Below are positions 11,001-20,100 of a stretch of DNA of 64,000 bases, in pieces (within the stretch, counting starts at the first letter, position 1; each line of letters starts with the position of its first letter). Position numbers and translations under genes: made by a program. The notes beneath the pieces were generated by a model. The model saw only the letters and a list, made by a program, of their open reading frames with translations, had not been told where the DNA came from and ran no database searches. The stretch spans positions 620,001 through 684,000 of the forward strand of contig OZ025669.1 in NCBI GenBank assembly GCA_964019335.1, read 5' to 3'. Source of the stretch: Diplonema japonicum (Eukaryota; Protista; Euglenozoa: Diplonemea).

Positions 11001-12213
11001 GGTTCTGGCACTGTTGGTTGCTGTCATCCCAAAAGCACAGATTATCATCGTTGCAAGCTTGTTCTCCTTCTCTGGTACCGCATTGGTCGGACCTCGGTGC
11101 ACACGCAACACCGTCATACTGGCACCCCTCCCTGTTTGTGCAGTCCATGCCCTTCAAGTGGCCTGGGCACTGTACATATGTCTTGCACTCTTCGTCCATC
11201 CACATGCAGCCAGTCGTCTGCGTGCAGTCCTGTTCGTTTTCGCTCTTTTCACATTCGGTATCTTCAGGTGGTGGTGGCTTCTTTTCGCATCCTTGTTGGC
11301 CCCACTGACACCCTGATGCATCGTTGCACAAGTCTATGGTTGTAATCTGCTGGCAGTCTGGTGGTATGCAACTCTCTGATTCCCAAAGGCATCCGTTCTG
11401 CACACAGATGACCGATTCGTCATACTGCGCACAGCCTTCTTGCCCACTATTCCCGCTGTCTGTGTTAGGGGAGCACTCAGTACCAGACCACTGACATCCA
11501 CTTTTGTCTTCACACGTTTCTTGCATGACTAAGTCACCACATTCAGCATCCCTGCAACTGTTGTCCCAAATGCATTCGTTGTCAGTGCACAATGAAGCGT
11601 CCTGATGCGTTGTGCAGCCAGATGCTTCAATGCATTGGTTCCCTTCCCAATTACACGCAGCTTGTTGGCATTTCATGGCATCGGCATAGTCAGTGCACGT
11701 TGTTTCTCTGCAACTAGTGTCCCACGTGCAAGCGTTGTCGATACAGGCCGCCTGGTCCAGGTGATTTGTGCACCCGCTGCTAGTGCCCGCGTTATGAGTG
11801 CATATGTTTGCATTCCAGGAACAGCCTCTGGCCAGACAAGCAACATTGGCAAGTGTGTCACATTTAGGTTTGCACGCAGAGTTGTAGAATTCGCACCCTG
11901 CATGTTGATTACAATCACTAGACTCGCTAATACTTTCGCAATCACCACAGCTTCCGTCCCACATGCAACCTGAGCCCACGCACCCGCTAGAGTCCGGCAC
12001 ACCCTTACATTTGTCAACACAGTTGTTGAGCACAAGGAGGCATCCTATTGCCTCACATTGGTCTGTCGGCACGCTAGGACAACCGTAGCACTTTTTCGCA
12101 GTTTTATCCCACTCACATGAGGCCGCCTTGCACGGATTCTTCGTCGTTATGTCAACACACGTGTCGCAACCAACTGCCAGCAGCAGCACTGCCAGAAGGG
12201 TGCGGCCATTCAT
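5095..12213 (-). CDS. Giant secreted/membrane protein: signal peptide, many Cys/Trp (PSI-like) repeats, CUB-like, EGF-like, LamG domain, TM helix, C-terminal polytopic membrane domain
   Basis: 2372-aa ORF; repeated C..C....C.W....C units; LAFTEFNV..D.V.VF...FCSD (CUB-like); CKCISGWTGIDC (EGF); LTITAWVK..WHFFALT..VDEVRLYD (LamG); several C-terminal hydrophobic helices. Confidence 0.8.
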   Translation of the reverse strand: MNGRTLLAVLLLAVGCDTCVDITTKNPCKAASCEWDKTAKKCYGCPSVPTDQCEAIGCLLVLNNCVDKCKGVPDSSGCVGSGCMWDGSCGDCESISESSDCNQHAGCEFYNSACKPKCDTLANVACLARGCSWNANICTHNAGTSSGCTNHLDQAACIDNACTWDTSCRETTCTDYADAMKCQQAACNWEGNQCIEASGCTTHQDASLCTDNECIWDNSCRDAECGDLVMQETCEDKSGCQWSGTECSPNTDSGNSGQEGCAQYDESVICVQNGCLWESESCIPPDCQQITTIDLCNDASGCQWGQQGCEKKPPPPEDTECEKSENEQDCTQTTGCMWMDEECKTYVQCPGHLKGMDCTNREGCQYDGVACAPRSDQCGTREGEQACNDDNLCFWDDSNQQCQNPPACNTFENDEDCHKYNCQWDFNDLTCQAIQIRCYEYANEYACNNRDVCLWVGTTCSKVCTARPDTHQCDTDGQCSWTGSSCVAKENDACRPLDTNACEAAADCIWSAVLGCNYNNTVPETTSQSCGTFENPVQCNENALCEYDGDDSECEYKYEENECPTLAKQKCLEEADENECLWVEAENKCKPAPKSCDTYVVQGSCDSEVGRCFWSSSDSRCFSTCANLKEQTACVAAGCLFSKDALPQCNSFDSGGCASAEYAINKVACLGAPESLKCTWEDDDKKCIRFGWAVCGFENGRQQACFDHKDSTGKQGCGYNNTDATCIGCEEQEEAGCKVLIGCSWESSNGKCDKDTSPFVSSMSLSVTVPAPKAPFRATFSGGNLNRELSRVIFIKNTTTCPTSYEAHTISFVGASGDGIVSDDITIDAPGTYKPCFVQSQTELSVRGQDSLPEITVKMVHANSLYLSYEGSPGKGEMFTFFISGENMKEHDRFAFVPTSQDCPTNYVKYYTGFETVGSQLATGKVTLQALDTFRVCYLSGVTVDANTRHLVYGQVLVLELKTTPLTITTVAGFLDPEILGNRTELLVQTLGIDLKVINELCTRGQPTGATRDVEEFHWGPTIGWNEATREFGIGEEVTRYAQEQVCVMPIVPEMSNSDSLYEDEKPNHFVLAFTEFNVDESDEVRVFASKAAIGDSTELADEVGPTLSTLSECPTSIEGLKLIGSYNGNNIPTQEIKVKFGKLYGFVIPKVIVAFCSDKTDRGGTGFRTIARIDPPCPNRCQDPSGRVLGECVLDNTKFKGRCKCISGWTGIDCRVPEVCSGSKDEVDSISRPSGSLTTSLESPLPCGFKLAPNPLEDPSLLRFTTYQIVLRIRNESVLHGGAVAIYDTSHNGVLLTTIDAASLGVNHTIVVDASAVYLEVNTLTTGTFSFDYKLISTVCPGPLGVSGVPSPDEECDGRGECVDVEWGTLYNEAPRYLKKCECTEEYAARKAQDSCNICAHGYSLSNGSCVTSVACKVLDDCGGEENAEECVTEGVRGCLCTNNHFGRNCEYTLPANLTSVLETDEQSTDLMFRYDFNKRGANLVRSQNYPDRTQLGCVTSLTAPCIYEDREKGNVYTYDTRRTGGSKDVDDALYLNKQGDPYDDILYIDQLAASKLDVHGDLTITAWVKATNVTDGLLVAKADNIFYKNGKSPVLEEVLSNMRSDTADTENPGVRAYFAIYLDGSDGSVKLHISKKDNTSNSQFVRKFRAGSMLFDDNWHFFALTIGRSGGRWEGQLFIDGKTSTSDATFVQCIPFVSTEVETEPLITQAYDAEKYHGQPNLEMGGVLVVGYNLSAAVDEVRLYDAKLTHFTVVSIGSKSLFEDELSLAVVVLLSVGITAILPLSVSLGFPMYRSLRRSRKAEKVTPLPATRLILSRPSTARTQNSQGSGGGEGNGGTRTPSETPSETPRDSQTPGEEGILLETNTASRVKSKIAALGHAVAVQNASGVDGTALDQAVQQVGALGSGIAAGGGAGGGGGGGGGGVLDAAHSTGQSLGDIVVLQLTIIRDTWQMVALLLTAWEWPQLFKDIYGKATIPLTVDLTYLSSSVQDAMQGLSAFEWAFYSASSVCFIAFITLMGIIATEEEESLEVRIAKRDVWRDIKQKYMKLEEDTVKEFTDCENDKEAVKLRDEKLKELSLQKAKEIEGEGLARNIRDKMAFVSLLLVSTLYLPITRGAVMVLRCHRDVQCIWDCATITDTDNSYVTAFVISSAVLIVLSLLCPAYLALVIRKKKKEFDAMYPTDRDANWVTFTSEDRTSYKDVYAGFEYRWVYFQVWIMLFKAVMCVPTLGLEQNGQDQLISSAVIQGLFTLLVFASAPFLLSACDYILQAGQVNIMFSLSISCFYRADPKINSYDYVLLVAGGVTILFQLYQVLFNHSNVVNLSLWSQLEREFSDSNTTHDEEDPHHAYEGSDPHDESKDLEERPSCEQP

Positions 12214-12347
12214 TTTAGTGCCCTGTGATGCCTTGTGATTCTGGACTCTTTGATGATAATTAAACGGTTACTGAAAAACAGAAAACGCAAATAAAATAAA
12301 ATAAAATGACGTAACCCTAACACTACCATTCTACCTTAGATCCCATA

Positions 12348-12725
12348 CTACTCTTCGGCGACGATGGTGTTGGTGTAGACACGGATCTTGCTGCTGAAGG
12401 ACACCTCCTTGATCATGCCCTTGGCGACAAGGTGGCTGAGGGCCACACGTGCAAGGGACCCGTTGACCTTCAACCTGTCGGAGATGACAGACACGGTGAT
12501 CACCTTGTACTTGGGGACATCACGCTCCAACTTGTCCACAAGGTTCTTGTCCCACATGACGGCGTTGTTCAGCTGCTCCCGGGTCTTACCCTTGGACCAC
12601 TTCTTCTTCTTGGCCTGAGTTATTTGTTTACATTTGCGTTACAATGTACAGCATACCTTACCACCCTTCGATGCCGACCCACCCTTCTTGGGTGCTGCCT
12701 TGGACGCGGCTTTCTTAGCGGGCAT
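12348..12725 (-). CDS. RPS25: 40S ribosomal protein S25 (eS25), copy 1; exons 12725-12657 and 12614-12348
   Basis: Removing the 42-nt GTATGC..CTCAG intron gives MPAKKAASKAAPKKGGSASKGGK|AKKKKWSKGKTREQLNNAV..KVITVSVISDRLKVNGSLAR. Confidence 0.95.
12615..12656 (-). other. 42-nt spliceosomal intron (RPS25 copy 1)
   Basis: GT-AG ends, contains an in-frame TAA, and its removal restores the conserved protein. Confidence 0.93.
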
Positions 12726-12814
12726 TTTTTTGTGACAATGAACCTTGGGGGTTGTGTTGAGATTCTTACAAAAGAGCTGAATAACTAGTTCAAAAAGCTA
12801 ATGACATTCCGGTT

Positions 12815-13186
12815 CTATTCCTCGGCGACGATGGTGTTGGTGTACACGCGGATCTTGCTGCTGAAGGACACCTCCTTGATCATGCCCTTGGCGACAAGGT
12901 GGCTGAGGGCCACACGTGCAAGGGACCCGTTGACCTTCAACCTGTCGGAGATGACGGACACGGTGATCACCTTGTACTTGGGGACATCACGCTCCAACTT
13001 GTCCACAAGGTTCTTGTCCCACATGACGGCGTTGTTAAGCTGCTCCCGGGTCTTACCCTTGGACCACTTCTTCTTCTTGGCCTGTACAGTTTGTTACGTT
13101 TGCGTTGCACAGCATACCTTGCCACCCTTCGATGCTGACCCACCCTTCTTGGGTGCTGCCTTGGACGCGGCTTTCTTAGCGGGCAT
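12815..13186 (-). CDS. RPS25: 40S ribosomal protein S25 (eS25), copy 2; 36-nt intron 13082-13117
   Basis: Same protein as copy 1; intron GTATGCTGTGCAACGCAAACGTAACAAACTGTACAG at the same position. Confidence 0.95.
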
Positions 13187-13256
13187 TTTGAACTATCCTG
13201 TAGGGTTTGACTATGACATGGTTAACTGCAATGAAAGGAACTAGTAAAATGATATT

Positions 13257-13634
13257 CTATTCCTCGGCGACGATGGTGTTGGTGTAGACACGGATCTTGC
13301 TGCTGAAGGACACCTCCTTGATCATGCCCTTGGCGACAAGGTGGCTGAGGGCCACACGTGCAAGGGACCCGTTGACCTTCAACCTGTCGGAGATGACAGA
13401 CACGGTGATCACCTTGTACTTGGGGACATCACGCTCCAACTTGTCCACAAGGTTCTTGTCCCACATGACGGCGTTGTTCAGCTGCTCCCGGGTCTTACCC
13501 TTGGACCACTTCTTCTTCTTGGCCTGAGTTATTTGTTTACATTTGCGTTACAATGTACAGCATACCTTACCACCCTTCGATGCCGACCCACCCTTCTTGG
13601 GTGCTGCCTTGGACGCGGCTTTCTTAGCGGGCAT
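13257..13634 (-). CDS. RPS25: 40S ribosomal protein S25 (eS25), copy 3; 42-nt intron 13524-13565
   Basis: Same protein; intron identical to that of copy 1. Confidence 0.95.
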
Positions 13635-13888
13635 GTTGTATTACTGAAGAAGCGGTATGTTGTGAAAGGACACAGTGATGGAATAAAATTTGGTCTAAAG
13701 GGGGGCAGGACAACAAGAAAAATAGCTGGAAAGAGGGGGAAACAAAAAAAGGAGTTTTTTTTTTTTTTTTTTCAAAGAGATTAACAAGGGATAGAAGGGA
13801 GGAAAAACAATAAACAAAGAAAAGGAAAAGAAAACAGCCGCTCTAAACAGCTGTCCGTCTAAGTCTTTTGAACAATCTAGTAGTGGTC

Positions 13889-14479
13889 TTAAAACTCTTC
13901 GACCAACCAAGGCATGGCGTTGCGGAGCCTTGTCTCGTTCTTACCCGAGGCAGAGAATGCTTTGTTGACAAGCTTCAGGGCCTCGGATCTAGTGGGGGAC
14001 TCGATGGCGTCAAGGAGGAGGTTGACGAACTTCTGGCGAGTTGAAAGAGTAAGAGACTTCCAGGCATCGCTGGCCTTGACTTCGTCATCGATATAGGCCT
14101 CTAAAGGCTGCTCAAGGATGGGGTTCGGTGTTTCTGTCGTGTTACGCTTCCTGCCGACCTTAGCCATCTGCATCGCATCTGCGAACTCATGTCCGTCGTC
14201 ACTGTCATCGAACACCTCTTCCTCTTGGTACTCTCTAACCTCCTTCACCTTCTTCAGCTGTACAACCTTGCCATCCGCATCCCTGAGAAGCACCTTGTCA
14301 CTCTCCAACACCTTCCTCGCAGCCACCGCAGCACCCGTGACACCCTGTTCCTTTTCCAAACTAAGTGACGCCAGCTTCGCCGTGATGTCGCTCAGGTTGG
14401 CATTGCCCTTCACCTCCCACGTAATGCCACCCTCCCGCAGGGTGTTCACAGCGCGCTCCCTCAAAGCAGTCCTCGACAT
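13889..14479 (-). CDS. Hypothetical protein (196 aa)
   Basis: Protein-like composition, same strand as the cluster, pyrimidine tract and TAG 3 nt before the ATG. Confidence 0.7.
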   Translation of the reverse strand: MSRTALRERAVNTLREGGITWEVKGNANLSDITAKLASLSLEKEQGVTGAAVAARKVLESDKVLLRDADGKVVQLKKVKEVREYQEEEVFDDSDDGHEFADAMQMAKVGRKRNTTETPNPILEQPLEAYIDDEVKASDAWKSLTLSTRQKFVNLLLDAIESPTRSEALKLVNKAFSASGKNETRLRNAMPWLVEEF

Positions 14480-14607
14480 TGTCTAGTAAAGAGAGAAAAA
14501 AAAATACAAAAAACTGCAGAGTTCAACTGAGGATACCGAAACCAGAAACAATTCACTGAACGAAAAAAAAGAGGGAATCAAAAAAAAGTGCTTCCTGTAA
14601 AGAAAGG

Positions 14608-16755
14608 CTATTTTCGCACAAACCCCCTTCTCTGTCCCGTAGGCGCGCCAGGTGCATGGGCCCCACGCGACCTTGCGTTGATCAAATCTGCAACAAGCAA
14701 CAGACAAGCTGCAAGGTGGCCCGAAAGCGAAACAGCAAGCGAGGTCACAGAGGCTGTAGAAACACCTTGGGTGGAAAGAAGCGACGAGGCTACTTCTTGC
14801 AAAGTAGTAGGTTTGAAAGAAGGCCACTTGACCACCCACGACGCAGAGGATTGCTGCTGGTAAGCCGCCTGGATGCCAAGAAGCCATTTGTAGATGGGCT
14901 GTACGGCCTTTGGAAGGGCTTTGTAGTCTACGGTGTTAAGGTACTCAACAACGTACTCGGGAAGGGGTGGGGTGCCTGCTGGGGTGTACTTTACGAGATC
15001 CAATACAAAAGTTGCAAGGCAAAAGCTGAGCTCGTTCTTCGTTACAGTCCAATCTACCGACCCTTCTTGGCGGCACTCTTCGTTGTTTAAAACCGACAGA
15101 GATACATCGAGCACCACTTGCGCAGCACGAGGGACGTTTTTCAAGGTGAGCAGTCGCTGCAGATATATGTCCTTGATGAGCTTGAGGTTGCTTCTTACGT
15201 CCTTCAGTATTTTGTCCATTGCGAGAGACGCCAGTACGTGCTGGTAGCCTTGGAGGTTGAGCTCATTCTCGTGTTCGATGTCGGCGACGGCGCTCAAAAA
15301 GGGTTCTGCGTTTAACTTCCCGTTTGCGAGAGAACTCTGGATGGCTTCCTTGCAGGACACCACCAAGCGATGGTTTAAGATTAGTGCTTTGCGTGTTGCT
15401 ATGCAGTTCCCCATTGCTGTGGCTGTTTCCCGCTCGGGGGGCAGTGTGCCGCACGCCACAATACTGACCTGGTTCACAAGCATCTCCAAGTCGCATGCGG
15501 GCTTCCTCTTTATGATATCTAACTGCTGCAGCTTGTCCAACAGCTCCGAGTAATTCCTCACCATGTCTAATTCTGCTTGCCGCGAAGCAGCGGCCTTGCC
15601 TGTTTTTCCTCGCTTTTCCGGCTTCTTGATGTGCTCCTTCTCTTCTAGTAAGTAATCATCTGCTGCGAGCAGTAGCTTTTTGTGTAATCGGTTGAGAAGT
15701 GGCTTGTTAGCGTCCAGCAAGGCTGTGATGGGGTGTGAACTCAACTCGCCTGATGTGTGCGTGTTGGCATCTCTTTCGGTTTCCTTGAATTCCATTTCTT
15801 CGATTTGCTGCTCCTTTTCCTTCAGCGTTGCTTCCAAGCTTGCAACCTGTTGCTTCAACTGCTTGATCTCACGCAGGGCCGACCTTGCGTGCTCGTTCAT
15901 AGACTTCGTGGCGATCACCATATAAGAGCGTATCGTGTCCATGCACCCTGCAACCTTCTTTTGCAGCCACATGATCTTCATTGTGAGAGATCTGCAGTCC
16001 CTGGGCCGCACGGAGGGTCGTATTGAGGAAGGGTTTTTCGAAGTGATGCCTAGCTCGGTTTGGAGCGCCTTTGCAGTGTCGGCAATGAGGGCGAGGTCGG
16101 GGGCCAGGGTTATCAGCATGTCCATGGCGCGGTGGGAGATCCTCCCTGGTGGCATGTCTGTGACATCTTCGAGCACGGTCTCGGTAGGTTCTGATTCGAA
16201 CTCATCTTCTTCTTCATCGGACTCTTCTTCTACTACAGTTTCAGGAGTCTCTTCTGATTCGGATGATGATTCCTTCACCACCAACTCTTCCTCTTCGTAT
16301 ACCTCATTATCTCGCAGGATGACCACCCGTGTACCTTCCCCCTTTACAGCATCGTACCGCTCCGATGCTTGTGCAACCGCATCTTCCACATTGTGCAGCT
16401 TTTCCACATCTGTAATCAGCCTTGTGGCCCGTGAGCATGCCTGTTTCATTTTAATAGACGCTTCTGCCAATTTTGATGTGTCCAGAATAAGCCGCGCCAC
16501 TTGCCTTTTTGAGATGACTCCTTGTGCATCCTCACCACTTGAGGTCTGCAGCACTTGAGTGGTGATGCTCTGCATAATGGCCGACGGTGTAGCTTGCTGG
16601 GGTGTTGTTCCCTTGAAGAGCCATGGCTTCCCGCCCTTGTACTGCTCTAAACGCGGCCAGTCGCCAATGTGTTTCTTCGCTTGCTCAATAACACTTGCCC
16701 GCCCATGCTGGCGGAGCTCTGGCAGCTGCGACACGGAGTCCTCGTCATCATCCAT
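14608..16755 (-). CDS. Hypothetical coiled-coil protein (~715 aa)
   Basis: Long ORF with an acidic tract and heptad region (ALREIKQLKQQVASLEATLKEKEQQ); start placed at MDDDED. Confidence 0.8.
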   Translation of the reverse strand: MDDDEDSVSQLPELRQHGRASVIEQAKKHIGDWPRLEQYKGGKPWLFKGTTPQQATPSAIMQSITTQVLQTSSGEDAQGVISKRQVARLILDTSKLAEASIKMKQACSRATRLITDVEKLHNVEDAVAQASERYDAVKGEGTRVVILRDNEVYEEEELVVKESSSESEETPETVVEEESDEEEDEFESEPTETVLEDVTDMPPGRISHRAMDMLITLAPDLALIADTAKALQTELGITSKNPSSIRPSVRPRDCRSLTMKIMWLQKKVAGCMDTIRSYMVIATKSMNEHARSALREIKQLKQQVASLEATLKEKEQQIEEMEFKETERDANTHTSGELSSHPITALLDANKPLLNRLHKKLLLAADDYLLEEKEHIKKPEKRGKTGKAAASRQAELDMVRNYSELLDKLQQLDIIKRKPACDLEMLVNQVSIVACGTLPPERETATAMGNCIATRKALILNHRLVVSCKEAIQSSLANGKLNAEPFLSAVADIEHENELNLQGYQHVLASLAMDKILKDVRSNLKLIKDIYLQRLLTLKNVPRAAQVVLDVSLSVLNNEECRQEGSVDWTVTKNELSFCLATFVLDLVKYTPAGTPPLPEYVVEYLNTVDYKALPKAVQPIYKWLLGIQAAYQQQSSASWVVKWPSFKPTTLQEVASSLLSTQGVSTASVTSLAVSLSGHLAACLLLVADLINARSRGAHAPGAPTGQRRGFVRK

Positions 16756-17136
16756 GTTCACTTGAAGGGATTCTGCAAAGCACCCAGGGAACAAAAAAAA
16801 AGCTCGAAACAGAAATACTGGGGGTAAAAAGAAAGTAAGAAAAATCAGGGAACTATTTGCTATTATGGTCTGTTGAGGTTAAGGTGCGCAGTGCACATGA
16901 ATATTAATATGTGAATGCCTATAAACAAATGTGCACCGCACTCCTCCCGCGTGACTCAACGTCATAGTCGTTCCCAATCCAAACAATCGCAGCAGCGGTG
17001 GTAGCATTGCCGTCCGACCATCGAGGCCGCAGCACGTTATATAACATCGACAAGCCATTCCTATCACTAGGCCGACCACTCAGCTTCGTCGTCGTACTCC
17101 ATCTCTTCCTAGTGGTGTCGTGTGGTGTGTTGAGTG

Positions 17137-20100
17137 TCATACCTCATCGTCTTCGGCATCCATATCCTCGAGCCCTACAGGCGCACCGTCGGTGTCTATC
17201 GCACGGCAGTTGTAGATTGCGTACTGTAACTTGTCGTGCATCACGTCAGTTGAAGAGTACTCTGGCAGCTCGATTGAGAAGAAACACGTATGTGCTTGCG
17301 GTAGGTAGTCATCGGGGTTACCATCGACGACGTGCGGCTGCACCTTGATGGCCACTGGTAGCCTGGACCGTGCTGCCACAAAACGTAACAAGTTGGTTAA
17401 GTCTTTCTGTGTGAAAGTTTCAAGCGCCTGCCAAAACCTGTGCACTGTTGGGCTGTTTTCGTCGATGTCCTCATAAATAGCACCCCGGTGCAGCTCCGCC
17501 ACTGATATCCCGCTCGCACCGCACACACGCCTTTCAAGCACCTTCCACGTGAACAAGTCCAGAACTGCAGGCGGCAGGACATCGATGAAGCCTTCCCTCA
17601 TCTCCAGGAGATACTCCTTGGCCTCATTTAACCGTTTCTCGATTACAAGTCTTGCGTATTCTTCTCTGTTATCGAACGTGACCTCCTTATCACGCCCGTC
17701 TGGGAGCAGCTCGATGACCTGTCCGTCGCTGAGCGTTGTTACAAAGGTTTCGTCGATCGCGTCTTTGAAAAGCTCTGGGGTGATGCCTTTTGTGTCAATG
17801 TTCACGATGCCGTCTAGTGCCGTGAGGCACATCTGGTCGATGGCAGCAAGATCGCTTCTGTCAAAAGGTGTTGAGGTGAGGGTCTTCCACACAACAGACG
17901 ACAGTGAGAGGTCCATCGGCTCGTTGATTGAGAGGCAGCCTGCTATGAGGCGGCCTAAGAATCGGAACTTCGACAACAACAGCTTGTGTTCTGTTGAAGA
18001 CGGAGCTGAGCAAGGTCGTGGGATCCATTTATCTCGCGTGTCACCAAAGTTCCCCTTGTAGTTGGGCGACGAGATGAACAGGCTGTTAGGCGCCTCTTCC
18101 ATCAATTCCTCGCACACTGTTGTGAGAGACTCTCGGAAGGGCCCCCCAGCATCCTCGGCGGCTTCTCCTTCAAACACAACTGTCCACAACCTGGCAGATG
18201 CATCACATGACTCATGCGATTTAAACGCCCAGGGCCTTTTGCTCCTATACAGGGCGTGCAGTTGGTCAAATAATGTTTCCGTGGTAGGGCCTCCAGCACC
18301 TCCTTTTGCCTGAGCAAAGTAATTCCTTGACAGTAGAATGCTTGCTATCCGCCCCTCGCTGCAAGCTCCAGCAATGATGCCATCAAGCAATGGTTCCTTG
18401 GCCCATGGGAACAATACATCACGCGCACCCATAAACCTCCCTATCAAGGAGCTCTCCTGACCCGGCAAAGTGCCCACGTTACCTAAAACAGGAGGCATAG
18501 CTGCTTCCTGCCCCACATATGCAAGAACCAACCTTGCGAGTACGTTGAAACGTGACAGTATCGTGAGGCAGGATGGAGCATCTTTATCGTTCACAGTATG
18601 GATCAGGGCCACCTCATCGATTTCAAAGGGTTGTGCACGTTTCCTCTCTTCATTCCCTGTGGAGACATCCAAGGGGCCATGGCCCACGGCTTTGTGCCAG
18701 GCATCACTGTATACCATTGTCAGGTCGTTAAAGGCCTTGTTCGGGACCTGGTCAGTGATAGTGTATGCCCCACGAATGACATTCCCCAACCAAGACAGTG
18801 AGTCGGCAACACCACGGTGTCCTGACGGACAGTACCTAAAGGGAGCTGCCCCGAGGTTTACTACTGCGGAGTCCCCTGATCGGAGGCTCGCAGCAGGGTT
18901 GAGTCCTGAGATAGACGACAGATCCACCTGTGAGAAGGCCACTCCGAGTTCGACACCGTTGTGGCTGTAAGAGATGTCCGCCTTCTTATCAGCGGTGATG
19001 TGGATGATGCAGCCAATGACGTCGCCCACCTTCCACCCCGTGTTGGCCTGCAATCCGTCGTCGTCGAAGAAGAAGTCATCTGCCTCGTCTGCTTCGTTGC
19101 CGCTGAACATAGCCGAGTCGTCCACCCACTCGCCCTCCGTGCTAGCATCATCTCCCTCTCCTTCGTCCCAACCATCGCCTGGCTGCTGAGCTTCCTGCAC
19201 GAGTGGTGTCACCTGTGACGACGAAGAATTCTGGTTGAGCCGCCTCTTCCTCCTGGCTCTCTGACGCCGTCGCTTCCTCCTTTCCATAGCCTTCTTCCGT
19301 CGCATTGTGTCACCATCTCTGCTCGACTTATTGTCACCGTCCTGCATCGCATAAGGGCTAGATTTTCTGTCGTGCCAGATGCACGTCCGCATTCCATCGT
19401 AAGCCCAGCTGTGCACATCGTCACCCACACCATGCCCACCTTCTGAGTCGCAAGTGAAATTTTTGGAATCAGCCCATCCGACTTGCATGAGGCTACAATT
19501 CTCGATCTCTATTTCATAATACCACTTTCCACACCCCACAGCAACATTGCCCATGATTGTAGTAAAATTGTGATACGACTCAGCTTGCGCCTTAGGACAG
19601 GCGACTGCTAGGAGCAGAGGCCCTGGACCACTGCTTACTGAAGGATGCTCGCCTCTCTTCGCCCACGGCACGCTGCTTGTCGAACCCAGAGAGTGGTTGG
19701 ACTGGAAGGACTTCGCCACATTCGCCTCCTCAAAGCTGTCGTTCCACACACCTCTCAATGTAACACCAAGGCCTACAGCCATGAAGTCAGCAGTAGGCCC
19801 GCCGTATCTCACCCAACCCTCGGGCAGTGCACACTGATGCGCATTCTCTGTGAGGCAAGAAGGAAGCCCCTTCCCGTTTGAAAAAGATTGTGCTGCCGCG
19901 GAAAACACGGTCAGTAGATTGTGTACACCGTTGGCAACAGCTTCTTCGGGAGGGACGTCTGTGACGGGCTTGCTCTTGATGTCAGGCAGCAAACAGTTCT
20001 TTGCATGCATCAGAGTTATCAGTGCCTGCAGATACATCGATAGAATGTCACCTGTACCCGACTTCGATTCGATCTCAGGGACAAGCTGTCTATTGTACGA

